Assembly: GCA_973851085.1 (NCBI GenBank)
Contig: OZ316776.1
Location: 6,944,001-7,008,000 of the forward strand
DNA: 64,000 nucleotides
Reading direction: 5' to 3'
Origin: Ptychomitrium polyphyllum
Taxonomy: Eukaryota
Part shown: in pieces, positions 52,658-64,000 of the stretch
Layout of the letters: each line of letters opens with the position of its first letter
Position numbering within the stretch: position 1 is the first letter of the stretch
Program-made: the position numbers and the translations under genes
The notes under the pieces: generated by a model
Database searches by the model: none
What the model was told of the DNA's origin: nothing
The model's input: the letters and a program-made list of their open reading frames with translations, nothing else

Positions 52658-55600
52658 TGTTACGGACATAGATCATGCAACATAGTCCTTAGAACATTCT
52701 AAAACCTTCTAGTATACTATAATAGTTTCTTAGAATACTTTTAAATGTTTCCGTAGCCTTTCCATGTTTTTAGAAAGTTTCCTAGGAAAGTTCTTCCACC
52801 TTAAAAAACTTCCTAGGAAGCTCCTATCATCTTAGGTAACTTCTTAGAAAACTTCCTACAAAGATTCCATCACTTTAGGAAACTTCCTAGAAAAGTTCTT
52901 CCACCTTAGGAAACTTCTTGGGAAGATTTCCTAGACTTTCAAAATATTCTTAAGCCTTGTAGGAAGCTTCTTTAGAAGTATCCTAGGAGATACAAACGTC
53001 ATAGTATAAATAGGAGGCAAGCCAAGGTATTCCTTAGTCTTGCCAATATAAGTTGTAGATCATCTTAAATTTTGCCTTGTTCTAGTCTTTGTATCAAGTT
53101 CTTGTTAATCATTAGCTCTTTGGAAGCTAATTCTTGGAAAACACTTTGTTTCTGCTTCTTGTTTTTTGTGTCCTTAATAGTTTGGTAAGACTACTTTTCA
53201 TCTTTGTTAGAGCTAAGGTTCTTTGAAGAAGATTGTGGATTATCCATCTTCTTTAGGATTCTATAGTGTCTTAGAGGTTGTGGATTATCCTTCTTTAAGC
53301 TGGCACCAAAGAGTTGTTTTCTCCTTCTAGAACCAAATATTACTTCTTTCAAAGGATGTGGATTATCCTCCTTTGAAGGTACTCATAGTTTTCTTGTCTT
53401 TGACAGTCTTAAAAAATGAATAACGTGCCTGGAATATCAGAGAATGAGTTTGCAACTATTGCAGACCTTCAAGAGTTACTAAACACAGTTTGAATGGAAC
53501 TCGCTTGTTTCAACACCACCAAAAATTTGGAGCAACACACTTGACAAGTTGAAGAATCCAATGGTGATATTCAAAGTCTATATTAAGAGGTTGTTCGATT
53601 GCAAGAGGCCAATATTGGAAGAAAAGGCTTACGTCAAACCCAAATAGAGCCAAAGATTAGCATGCAAGACAAGTTCGATGGATCAAGATCAAAATCAAGA
53701 GGCTTTGTTCAACAAAATAAGGTTCTTCCTTAGTTTGTATCAATCTTGCTATCCTCATGGCACAACTCATATTGTGCATCTTTTCTTCAAAAGTGCCTGC
53801 AACACTAAGTGCACAAGGGAATCCCGGAGTGACGTCTGGGACTTGTGGCGCCGATAGTAAAATGGCCCTAGTAGGCCTAGCGTAGGAAGGATCCCGAGGG
53901 GGAGAAACATCCTTGCCCATATAGATTAAGGGCCACAAGGGAAAAATTGTAGGCATTAGAGGACTCACGACGATTTGATTCTAGAATGCTAAAGATTGCT
54001 CAAATCGGATAAGGGAACTAAAAGATATGGCATTCCAAAGTTGAAGCTACTAAAGGGCTATTCTGGACTGTGTGTTGGAGATTAGAGTTGCTCATAGTAT
54101 TTACGGTGGTGTAAATAGTATTATATTGTGGTAGATATAGAAGGAGAGAAAATGGGGAGAAAAGGAGGAGAGGTGAAAGCCACTTAAGAGGTGCATATAT
54201 GGTACACGGTCAACGTAGTAGGACCAATCTACATGTCTTGCATGGGAAGGCAAGGACAAGTGGGTGTATGAGTTGGCATAAAGGAACTTGCAAGTGGCTT
54301 TGGAAAGCTACTTGCAAGATACTTGAGAAAGACCTTAAAAGGTGCTTGAGACGTCACTACGTGGTAGTATAAATAAAGGCCTTCGAGAGAAGGCAACATC
54401 TCACTCCAAATATTGTTTGTACTACTTTGTGTGGTTCTATGCTTGTGCAATCTTCTTCTCTACTTCTAGTGACTTCAATACTGTGGTAGCCCTAGACAGT
54501 GACTCTATTAGATTGAGATAGTGCAGGGAGGAACTCATTAGGAGCCCCGAACCTTGAGAGAAGAATATCTTCCAAAATACTAAGTCAAATTGGAGTTTTG
54601 AAGAGTCTATCGGCATCTATGCAAAGAATAAATGACAATAGAATGGTCGCTTGATAGATTTGGACACCAAACGTGGAAGATATGGCTCCCTAAAGGTCCG
54701 CAGGAAGTTCCAAAGGCTTCCAGTGGCTAAGTTCCAAGCGAGATCGGGTGGTCTTCCAAAGTTTTAAGTATATCAAGGTTCAGCCAGCTACAAAAGGCCA
54801 GGGGGACTTGTCAAATTTCATAGAGAGTATTATAGGGAAGGGCTGGTCTTCCTCTCCACTTTCATAGTGTCTTGGTAGGAATCAAAGGTGAGTTCTGGTT
54901 GGTGGAGCTAATATTAGGGCTTCACCACGGGGACTCCCACACCATTGTGAGTTGATGGGTGACCGATTTCACGAAAGGAATTAGCGAGATAAAAAATGTA
55001 CGCTTGATATCACTAAGTTGGGGTGGTGTTTTTACGCTGGTACTTTGGATTCGGGATGATCTTAAGATCACATGGGAATCATGTATGGTAGTGAGGAGAC
55101 ACCTTTAAGTGCAGTTAGGTCGTGTGGAATGGGAGTAACACCAAGTGAGGCCTTGGATATGAATGGAAATCTGCACCTAACCATTGGCTACTAATCAATT
55201 GGGTGTTCTAAGAGAAATGGTAGGAGGAATCAGAAACCAAGCCTGGAACTTGGAGAATGAAAATAGAAGTTAACCATGTGCATGTTGGGGTGTATAGGGT
55301 TGATGGGCGTGACATTGTTAAGGTGCATAATAAGGGTTGAGACAGCTCAAGTGGGATTTGTGGCCATTTTTTTATCAAACAATGCCCTATTGTGGTTTAT
55401 ATCATTAATGGAGAAATAGTCACTATTATTGAATAACTTAGATGCTTTTATGGAAGCATTGACATCTACTTTTGGAGACATTGACCAAGAGAGGGTGGCA
55501 AAGACAAGGATCATTGAGAGGGTGGCTGAGACAATGAATTCATCACTCAAGCAATAGCATGTGACAATAGACTATTTAATAGGCGCCAAGAATAGCGCTT

Positions 55601-58600
55601 GGGATGGCGACCAGTACATCAAAGCATAGCTACCACTTCTTCAAGAGTATCGAAAAGCCGACCACAAGGACCAAAATCTATGCAAATTGATGCTGCCCGT
55701 TTTAAATATTTGACTTCAGAAGAAAAAGGAAGGCGTCGAAATGAAAACCTATGTTTGTATTGAAGAAAGTCTGGACATAAAGTACACAATTGTTAAATCA
55801 AAGGATCTGCCTTTAAGGCTCAAAATACAATGGTGGAATTGAAAAACGAGGTTGTCCAGTCACAGTAGGAACCATGCAATTGGACACCACAAGGAAACGA
55901 CCATCAAATCAAGGTCTCTTACTAGCTTCAAGCCCTACCTCTTGTTTTACATTTTCTATTAAAATAAAGTTGTTAGATGATGAAATAGTTAGTGAGGCTT
56001 TATTAAACACTAGTGCAACGGCATGTTTTATGGACAAGGATTTTGCAACCAAACATCACATGGTGCTTGTGAAGAAAAAATATCCCGCACTTGTTGAAGT
56101 TATTGATGGACAATCTCTTGCGTCTGGCAACGTTATTGAAGAAACTCAACCCTTGAAGGTTGTTTTAGGAGACTAGGCATCTAAGATTGTCTTCAATATT
56201 ATTCAATGCTAAACAAATCCTATTGTCTTGGGCCTTCTTTGGTTTGAATTATATAATCCAGACATTGACTGGTGCTCACAAACTCTAGTCTCAAGGAAAA
56301 GATGCCAAGGTACAAGAAATCTTGGACTAGCATTTATTGAAGCTAAGATATACATAAGAGCTGCAAAAGATGAACCAATCTATGCCGTTTATGCTACATC
56401 AATGTCCAGCTTTATAATAGAGACTAATCAAAACATATCTCGTCAATATCAAGATTATAAAGATGTTTTTGAAAAGAAAAATACAAACATATTACCAAAG
56501 CAGCGGCCTTATGATTGTACCGTTGAGTTGCAAGAAGGAGCCCAACCACATTTTGGACTTATTTATAATTTATCACAAACCAAGTTGACTGCCTTGAGAG
56601 AATATATTGATGAAAATCTCGGAAAGGGTTTCATTCAACATTCTAAATCACTGGCTGGAGCACCCATTCTATTTGTATAGAAGAAAAATGGATCATTATG
56701 TATGTGCGTGGACTATCGAGGTTTTAATAAAGTAACAAAAAAGAATCGCTATCCATTACCATTAATCTCAGGACTCCTACAACAACTTAGCCAAGCAAAA
56801 ATATTCACCAAAATTGATCTTAGAGGAGTTTACAATCTTATACGCATCAAAGAAGGAGACAAATGGAAGACATCTTTTTGATCTAGGTATGGTCATTTTG
56901 AATATAATGTCATGCCTTTTGGCCTTATTAATGCTCCAGCAATCTTCCAACATATGATGAATGATATCTTCCATGAACATTGGGACGATTTTGTAGTCAT
57001 CTACTATGATCACATTTTGATATATTCAAAGGATGAACAAGACCACAAATGTCATGTGCGACTGGTCTTAGAAAAATTACACTAGCGAGGATTATATGCC
57101 AAATTAGAGAAGTGCCTTTTCCATGAATCCTTGGTTGAATTTTTAGGCTACATCATTTCTAAAGGAGGAATCCATATGGATAAGAAAAAAATAAGTACTG
57201 TTATGGAATGGAGTACGCCAAGATCAATTTGAGATGTTCAATGCTTCTTGGGATTTGCAAACTTCTACAAGATATTCATCAAGAATTATTCCAAGATGGC
57301 GGCACCATTCACACGTCTTACAGGGAAGCAAAAATTCATTTGGAATGAAGAGGCGGAGAAAGCGTTTCAAAGTCTTAAAAAGCCATTTATGTCGGCTCCA
57401 ATCCTTATTCATCAAAATCCATCAAAGCCTTTTTATTTGGAAGTAGATGCCTGAGATTTTGCGCTTGGCTTAGTATTCTCACAATATGATGAAGATGGGA
57501 GATTTTATCTTCTTGCTTTTTATTTAGAAAAATTCTTAGTAGCAAAGATCCACTATAATATTTATGATACAAAACTACTTGCAATTGTAAATGCATTTGA
57601 AGAATGGTGACACTTATTAGAAGAAGCTCAACATACCATCACAATACACACAGACCACAAGACCTTGGAGTATTTCATGAGTGCGCGCATTTTGAATGGC
57701 TGTCAAGCAAGGTGGAATATGTCGCTTTCTAGATTTGACTTTGTCATTACCTATCGACCTAGTAGCTCACAAGGTAAGCCAGATGCCTTATCTCAAAGAT
57801 CTTATTTAGCTCCTCAACCTGGAGATGATGTTTTTAATCAATAAAGGACTATTTTATTAAAGCCACATAATCTTCAAGTAAAAGTAGCCATTATTATGAC
57901 AACATCCCATTTTGACAAAATTCGGAAAACTTTAAAGAATGATGTTTTTGTTTCAAATATAAGGAAGCGCCTCAAAGACAATGGAGATCCTTAAAATAAT
58001 GATGAGGACTTTGGATTGTACCTACCTCCAAGCCTTTTGCGGTTGAAGATCCTTCAAGCACGTCATGATTTTCCAGCAGCAGGACATTTTGGATTCAATA
58101 AAACAATGGAGTTGATTGCTAGAGACTATTAGTGGCCTCAAATGTGGAAGTACGTAAAGGACTTTATTCAACCATGAGACATTTGTAAAAAAGCCAAGGT
58201 TTCAAGACACCAACCTCATGGTCTCCTCCATCCGCTTATTGCCAGAGGGCCAATGGTTGTCTTTGTCAATGGATTTTATCACGGACCTTTCAAACTCTAA
58301 TTCTAAAGATTCTATTTTAGTAGTGGTGGATCAATTTACCAAAATGACACATTTCATTCCATGCAACAAGACGGTAACGGGAGAACAAATTGCCAAGTTG
58401 TTCATAAATTATGTCTATCACATACATGGGCTATCAGATGATGTTATATCCGATCGAGGGCCTCAATTCATTTCCAACTTTTGGAGGGCTCTATTTCAGC
58501 TCTTGCATGTAAAGATCAACCTTTCTTCAGCACACCATCCGCAAACTGATTGCCAAACCGAACGTGTGAATCAAATTTTGGAGCAGTACCTTTGTTGTAA

Positions 58601-59998
58601 TATAAACTATTAGCAAGACAACTGAATGGATCTCTTGCCTTTGGCAAAGTTTGCTTACAATAATATGGTGCATTCTTCAACAACTCAAAGTCCATTTTTT
58701 ACAAACTATGGCTATCATCCTCGAGCATATCCATTTCAAGTTGAGCATATTGGAAGTCCTGCAGCAGAAGATTTTGCAATTCAACTTGCTAAAATCCATC
58801 AAGAAATTACCTTCCAGTTACAATAAGCTCAAGATTGTTACAAAACTTATACAGATTGCCATCAAAAGGACCATCAAAAGTTCAAGGTTGGAGAGAGCAT
58901 ATGGCTTCTACAACGAAATATACAAATAAAAAGACCATCAAAGAAGTTGGACTATCAAAAGTTGGAACCGTTTGAAATCAGCAAACAAATAAATCCGGTT
59001 AGTTATTGCCTAAAGCTACCACCAAGCATGCAAATTCATTTGGTGTTTCACGTATCATTGTTGGAAATCTATGACAAATCATGTATATCCTAGAGAGAAT
59101 TGTCCCTTCGCCTCCTTCGTTGGAAATCAATAATGAAATTGAATATGAAGTAGAAGAAATCTTAGATTCATGCATCAAGAAGGGATGTGTGGAATATTTT
59201 ATACATTGGCAAGGATATGACATCAATGACCAAATATCGGAACCTTCAACAAATGTAACAAATGCATCCAAGAAGGTACACAAATTTCATCAAAGATATC
59301 TTCAAAAACCATGTCAGTGATGATGTGTCATCAGTAGCCACTAGCTTCACGGAGAAGTTTTTCCTTCATAGACAAGTATAAGAAGGGAGGAGAAATATCC
59401 AGACCTCCAATTGTATGCAGCGTTATTTCCAAGATAGATCATTTCTAGATCCTAGCCAGTATGTCAAATCTTTGTGTTATCATGGATATGCGTGAAGAGC
59501 AGTCGGCCATGCCTTCATCAACAACAGCATCTGTTGAGCCAACTCAACTTTCTCAGCCCTCAGTAACGGAGGATCTAAGTCAAGATATGAGAGGGACATC
59601 CCAACGTCGAGTACGACCTCGTGCAGAAGTATTGACTAGTTGCCCTTCACATTCCAGTCTTGATTCAGATGCTCGCGCTCTAGTCATCTTGTTAGAAATT
59701 GGAAGAGTCATCCCTGGAGGATCCAAAATCTTGTTTGGAGGATGTTTTGAAGGACTTAATCAAGATCAGATCTTGGGATGGAACATTTCAACAACAAAAC
59801 TCCTGGCTAGTGGCCATCGGCGTTTCTTGCAAGGACCAGTTCAACTAGTGCACAAAGAACAACGAGCAAAATATGTTGCTTCACTCTTTCAACAAATTTT
59901 GGAATTTATAGATATGTAACAAGCAAGTCAATAAAAGAGCTTATGGAACTCGTTGCTAAATGGGGATGTGATGTCACGGACATAGATCATGCAACATA
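52658..59998 (+). mobile_element. Second, more decayed copy of the 16653-23285 chromovirus; 3' LTR truncated after ~27 bp
   Basis: 5' LTR at 52658-53179, gag/pol collinear with copy 1 with many stops, extra ORF at 59320-59919, PPT, and 3' LTR start TGTCACGGACATAGATCATGCAACATA at 59972-59998. Confidence 0.95.
53770..55344. mobile_element. 1575-bp insertion in gag, probably a solo LTR of a third family
   Basis: Absent from copy 1. Flanked by ACTCA (53765-53769) and GCTCA (55345-55349), a 5-bp TSD with one mismatch. Termini TA(TG-derived?)...CA, TATAAATA at ~54368, no recognisable coding domain. Confidence 0.75.
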
Positions 59999-60029
59999 CT
60001 TCATAAACTTGGATCTCTACTATTCGCAG

Positions 60030-60368
60030 GTAATTACAAATGATACTTACAAAGCTGTTCTCCATCGAGCAGTCACAAATCAAAACAAAGTCCGGCTCTC
60101 CATGGTGTATTCAGCCTACCCCCCAGCGAAGATCTTTATCACCGCTGCTCCTGAATTTGTGAGCCGCACACATCCTCCCTTGTATAAACCATTCACATGG
60201 TCAGAGTATCTGTCTGGTAAAGTTAGACACATACTTGACCCGCTTGATGGCTTACAATCAGAAAAGAGGGACGAAGAAGCCCAAAAACAATATTCAAAAT
60301 CCACAGGAAATGGGAGTGAATCTCTCCACCTAGACCCAGGGATAAGGAGTGAAATCAGAAGCTACTGA
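60030..60368 (+). pseudogene. Duplicated last exon of the 2OG-Fe(II) dioxygenase (orphan fragment)
   Basis: Identical to 35832-36170; upstream exons are absent. Confidence 0.85.
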
Positions 60369-61194
60369 CTCGGGAGCATTATCGATTTCTTGACTAAAGA
60401 TGAAAAACTGAGACGATTTGCAAAGCAAAATCTTAGTCGAGGATTCCCTTACTCTGTCCCTAGTCTAGCACCATAGCATGCAGAGCTCACTAGCAATAAT
60501 TGTTGATTGGAGAATTCTTGGACTTTAGAAGCAATTGTCAGAAGTGACCAGTCTCTTCATTTAAAATTGCATAAAGCAATATCACTCATAAATTATTGCC
60601 AAACTAAAGTTTAGCTTATAATGATCTAGAGACTCACGTATGCAATCAAGTGAATTGGTAACTCACAGATTTTGCTGCCGTAAGAGCTTGCTGCGAAGCA
60701 GATAAATTGCTCCTTACAGTGAAGGCCACCTGCTAAGCTCTTGAATAAACAGCGTCAATAGCCTATGAGTAGTATCAATATTCTGAAATGTCCTCAATTA
60801 ACTAAAAAATGATTGGTCAAAAAAACTGTGGAAAAATTGCAGTCAGAATCAGCAGAACATTCAAGTGCGTTTGTACTCATCGATATTTAGCGTCAAGAAT
60901 TAAAAATACACCCATCGCGTGCACAAGAACGTGACTTAAGAGTAAATAGAAGCATTTTCTGTTCTCCTAAACCCTTCAAAACTTTAACATCCTACTTAAC
61001 AAAACATTCTGTCAATTCAATGAAGACCTTTCTCAAGTCAAGGAAGAAGACTAAATGCCTATGTGGTATGCATAAAAGCATGCATTTACAAAGCAAGAAT
61101 TGCAAATGAGAGCATGCGTCTATTGCATTATCATAAAATTCTTCTTAAGGAAAGTACGAAGTCTACATGAGATTAGGATGCAGTAAATCTAATT

Positions 61195-62866
61195 CTATAA
61201 AATACGCTCCAACTCTCTAGTATAACCTAGAGTTTGACTGATCAGCTGTAGAGAGAGAATCTCCTTGTACGGTGCAAGCTCTTTAGCTTTCTGAAAGTAT
61301 ACTCTGGTGCCATGGATCTCCCAATCAAGATGATCCTGCATAAAGCCCGGTCCCGAACTGCATGTCAGTGGCTTGTAATAAATCCATAATTTCAGATGCT
61401 GAATAGAAATAGCAACAGAAACCAGAAATGCACGAGGTCTAATAAATTCAAATTGACGCAAGCCCTTCACGAATATTTACATCCAAACATACGCCTGCAA
61501 CTCCTGATCCGATGCGAACATCAGGATTTTCTTTACATCCGCCAAAGAAAATAAGTCGTAAACCTTCTTACTGTACCCTGCAACTTCATCTCTGTGCACA
61601 ATCAAATAGATGAAAATGAAAGCACATCATTATAAACATACGGAGGCAAAAGCTATCCTGGCAAGATGCAACGTCTGACCTAACCAGTCAGTCACAGAGA
61701 AAGGCTCTAGAGATTGTCAAACCTGACGGTTTAAGGGAGAAGGTCCATCAAATACACACAAGTTTCATGTAGACAGCTTGATGCGCACTCAGGTAACGGT
61801 TGTTGAAGACTTCTAGCTCAACAGCGTGCTTTATACATGTATGATCGTGGGTTACAGGTGGTAGAAGCTCTAGTTCTGCAAATTCCAACCACACCAATGT
61901 CAAGCATTGCAATAAACAGACAAAACAAGAAAGCAACATTAAAACATCTACTATTGAGCAGAAGTTGGGTATGACAATACTAATACCAAGAAATCATGTA
62001 AATTATAATCTCATACACTAAATCACCTAAGAATTAGTACACATGCACTTGTGAGAAGAAGCTCTTGCACAGATATTGGAGGCGATTCGAATAAAGGCGG
62101 AAGACCACCCAACTCCGTCAACTACACCTGAAAGATCAAATAATCTCACCGAAGAACAACCATACCAACACGTAATAACAAAATCCTTATCCCTGATATA
62201 TTCTTCTCCAAACCCGAGTCCAGTGAAAGCTTTGAAACTCCCCTTCCTCAAATATACATTTGCAAGCATTCACTCCAAACACCGTCCTCGAAGCGCTAAC
62301 TTGCACTAACAAAGCATGCAATGAAGACATTTTCATAATCAACTAGAATGCCTTGCACCGCTGGCACAACGATGCAGACCGTTTCGCAGAGCAAATGATT
62401 TTGAAATTTTATATCTGCCGCACTCTTGGTTCCAAAACTTATAAATTATCAATGTGCACCTCCCCTTGCTTAAAGCTTTTCAACTGTACCAAGAACTTTC
62501 CCATTACGGTACTTGGCTTTACGGTTTGGGAGATTTAAGATATAACCACAAACAAAATAAACAAACTCTCTCCCTAGATATGTTGACTAGTACACCACGT
62601 GCCTTGATCCAACCATGGCAGCCAAGTTCGCGGTGCAAACCTGTGCAAACCCTAGTATATATAGAAAGTTTACAACATATCCTTGAAACCTAAACTTGCA
62701 CCATCAGAGCACTCAAAGAATTCCCTGATTACAACAGTTATCGAGGGAAGCGAAGAGGAACCTTGATCTGCGAGAGGAGGTTGTCGCTGGTATCCACATC
62801 ATCCTTATGACATGAAGCCTTGAACTTGTGGAACCACCAGCTGATATCCGCGAACCTGGCCTCCAT
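61195..62866 (-). pseudogene. RPN12: Duplicate of the RPN12 pseudogene
   Basis: Identical to 36997-38668 at offset 24198. Confidence 0.85.
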
Positions 62867-64000
62867 AGTGAAGGAAGGAAAACCTCACGAAATGAGCTGA
62901 AAAGAGAGAACTGCACTGTGGATACGAGACAGGAAATGACGGGTATACGAACGTGCAGGTGCCGTGGGATTGTGCATGCAGAAACAGAGGCAGTGAGAAC
63001 ACGAGCAATCGCATGAAGACTACAGACTCGCTTCATTCACATACAACTTGGTGTTGAAAAAACAAAATCCTAGGTTTCTCCTTCACCACGACGACTCGAC
63101 CAACGCTCCTACGTTCCCACGATCTTATGTTCCCCCAGGAATTTCCCATGTTCCCAACTGTTCCCGAGTTCCCGCGCTTCAGAGTCCTCAATTTCTTTGA
63201 GTGTGACGTTCCTATTTATTAGCCAGCTTACAAACAGTTAAAAGGGTAGAGTTTGGATAAATTAATTGAAATATGCAATGTTGAAAATTTAACTAATTTT
63301 TCCTTTCTCCTAACCAATGGAAAATAGTTCTTCATATCAACTTTTACCATCCAAGATTTGATAAAGAAATAATAGTAACAATTAATAACATTTTAAGGAG
63401 TAAATTTAGAAACTTAAATTTTAAGCTTTCAAATTGAAATATCTCAATAAAAGCTTGATTTTTTCAATTCAAAGTAGCAGTTTCGAATATAATTTTAGTA
63501 TTATCATTGCATTCTTTAAAGGATGTTACTTTTTGAACCGTACTGTATCTAAATATCACAATTCGAGTATGGTTGAATTCCATCAGAGTTATCAAGGAGA
63601 TCTCCCTTAAAAAGCTTTTACTAGTCATTCCAAATCGATTGCACGGACCGAGTTTCCCCGCGCGAAAAACCAAAGTCGTCGTTCAACAAGGCCAGCATCA
63701 TCATCCACGTTGCATTCCTCCTCTCCTCGGGCAGCTCATACAGAAAATTCAACCTCTGACCGCAGGTGTGGACGCGCTGAAGAAGACGAGGAAGAGTGAA
63801 AATTCAAGAAAACCTTTACGGTGCACGAACCTTCGGAGGTTCGACAAGACTCAGTCACGGCGAGCCACGTGTTAGAATCTAATAGACTCCTTCTCAGTGA
63901 ATCCAGCTCAGTTCAATACAAATGATGTGATACAAAAATTATTTTAATCGATGACTTGCCCCAACCACTGCCCAGGCGCGTCTTGGACACATCCAAGGTG

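Larger units (their letters stand above)
60001..64000 (+). repeat. Apparently exact direct duplicate of 35803-39802
   Basis: All ORF translations repeat at offset 24198, and no mismatch was seen in the stretches compared by eye. Confidence 0.97.

Noticed and set aside
59943..60368. 141-aa ORF fusing PPT/LTR sequence to the dioxygenase last exon (apparent TE-gene chimera)
   Set aside because: Chance in-frame read across the duplication junction and through intron sequence. It lacks the HxD motif, and the junction itself is suspect.

Overview
Eukaryotic land-plant DNA with spliceosomal introns, most consistent with a moss such as Physcomitrium (inference: land-plant gene families, a flagellar dynein-assembly gene and Tcn1/Tf1-type chromoviruses together). 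Genes: 5' part of an SBT2-like subtilase (-), intronless Kintoun/DNAAF2 (-), ZCCHC10-like zinc knuckle (+), F-box/Kelch (-), 2OG-Fe(II) dioxygenase (+), an unprocessed RPN12 pseudogene (-) that the ORF track only hints at, and a 12-exon PP2A B'' subunit (+). Repeats: a full-length Ty3/gypsy chromovirus (16653-23285; near-identical LTRs, GCTTC TSD, disrupted gag-pol) inside an older LTR, a four-layer LTR nest (50.4-60 kb) and a LINE remnant. The chromovirus shows a readable set of cis-signals: heat-shock-element arrays in the LTR, a tRNA-independent self-priming PBS, a -1 frameshift slippery site with pseudoknot, and an extra ~199-codon ORF coupled to the pol stop (TGATG) whose core is anomalously conserved between two diverged copies. 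The last 4 kb (60001-64000) appears to be an exact copy of 35803-39802 and is probably an artefact. All alignments were done by eye.
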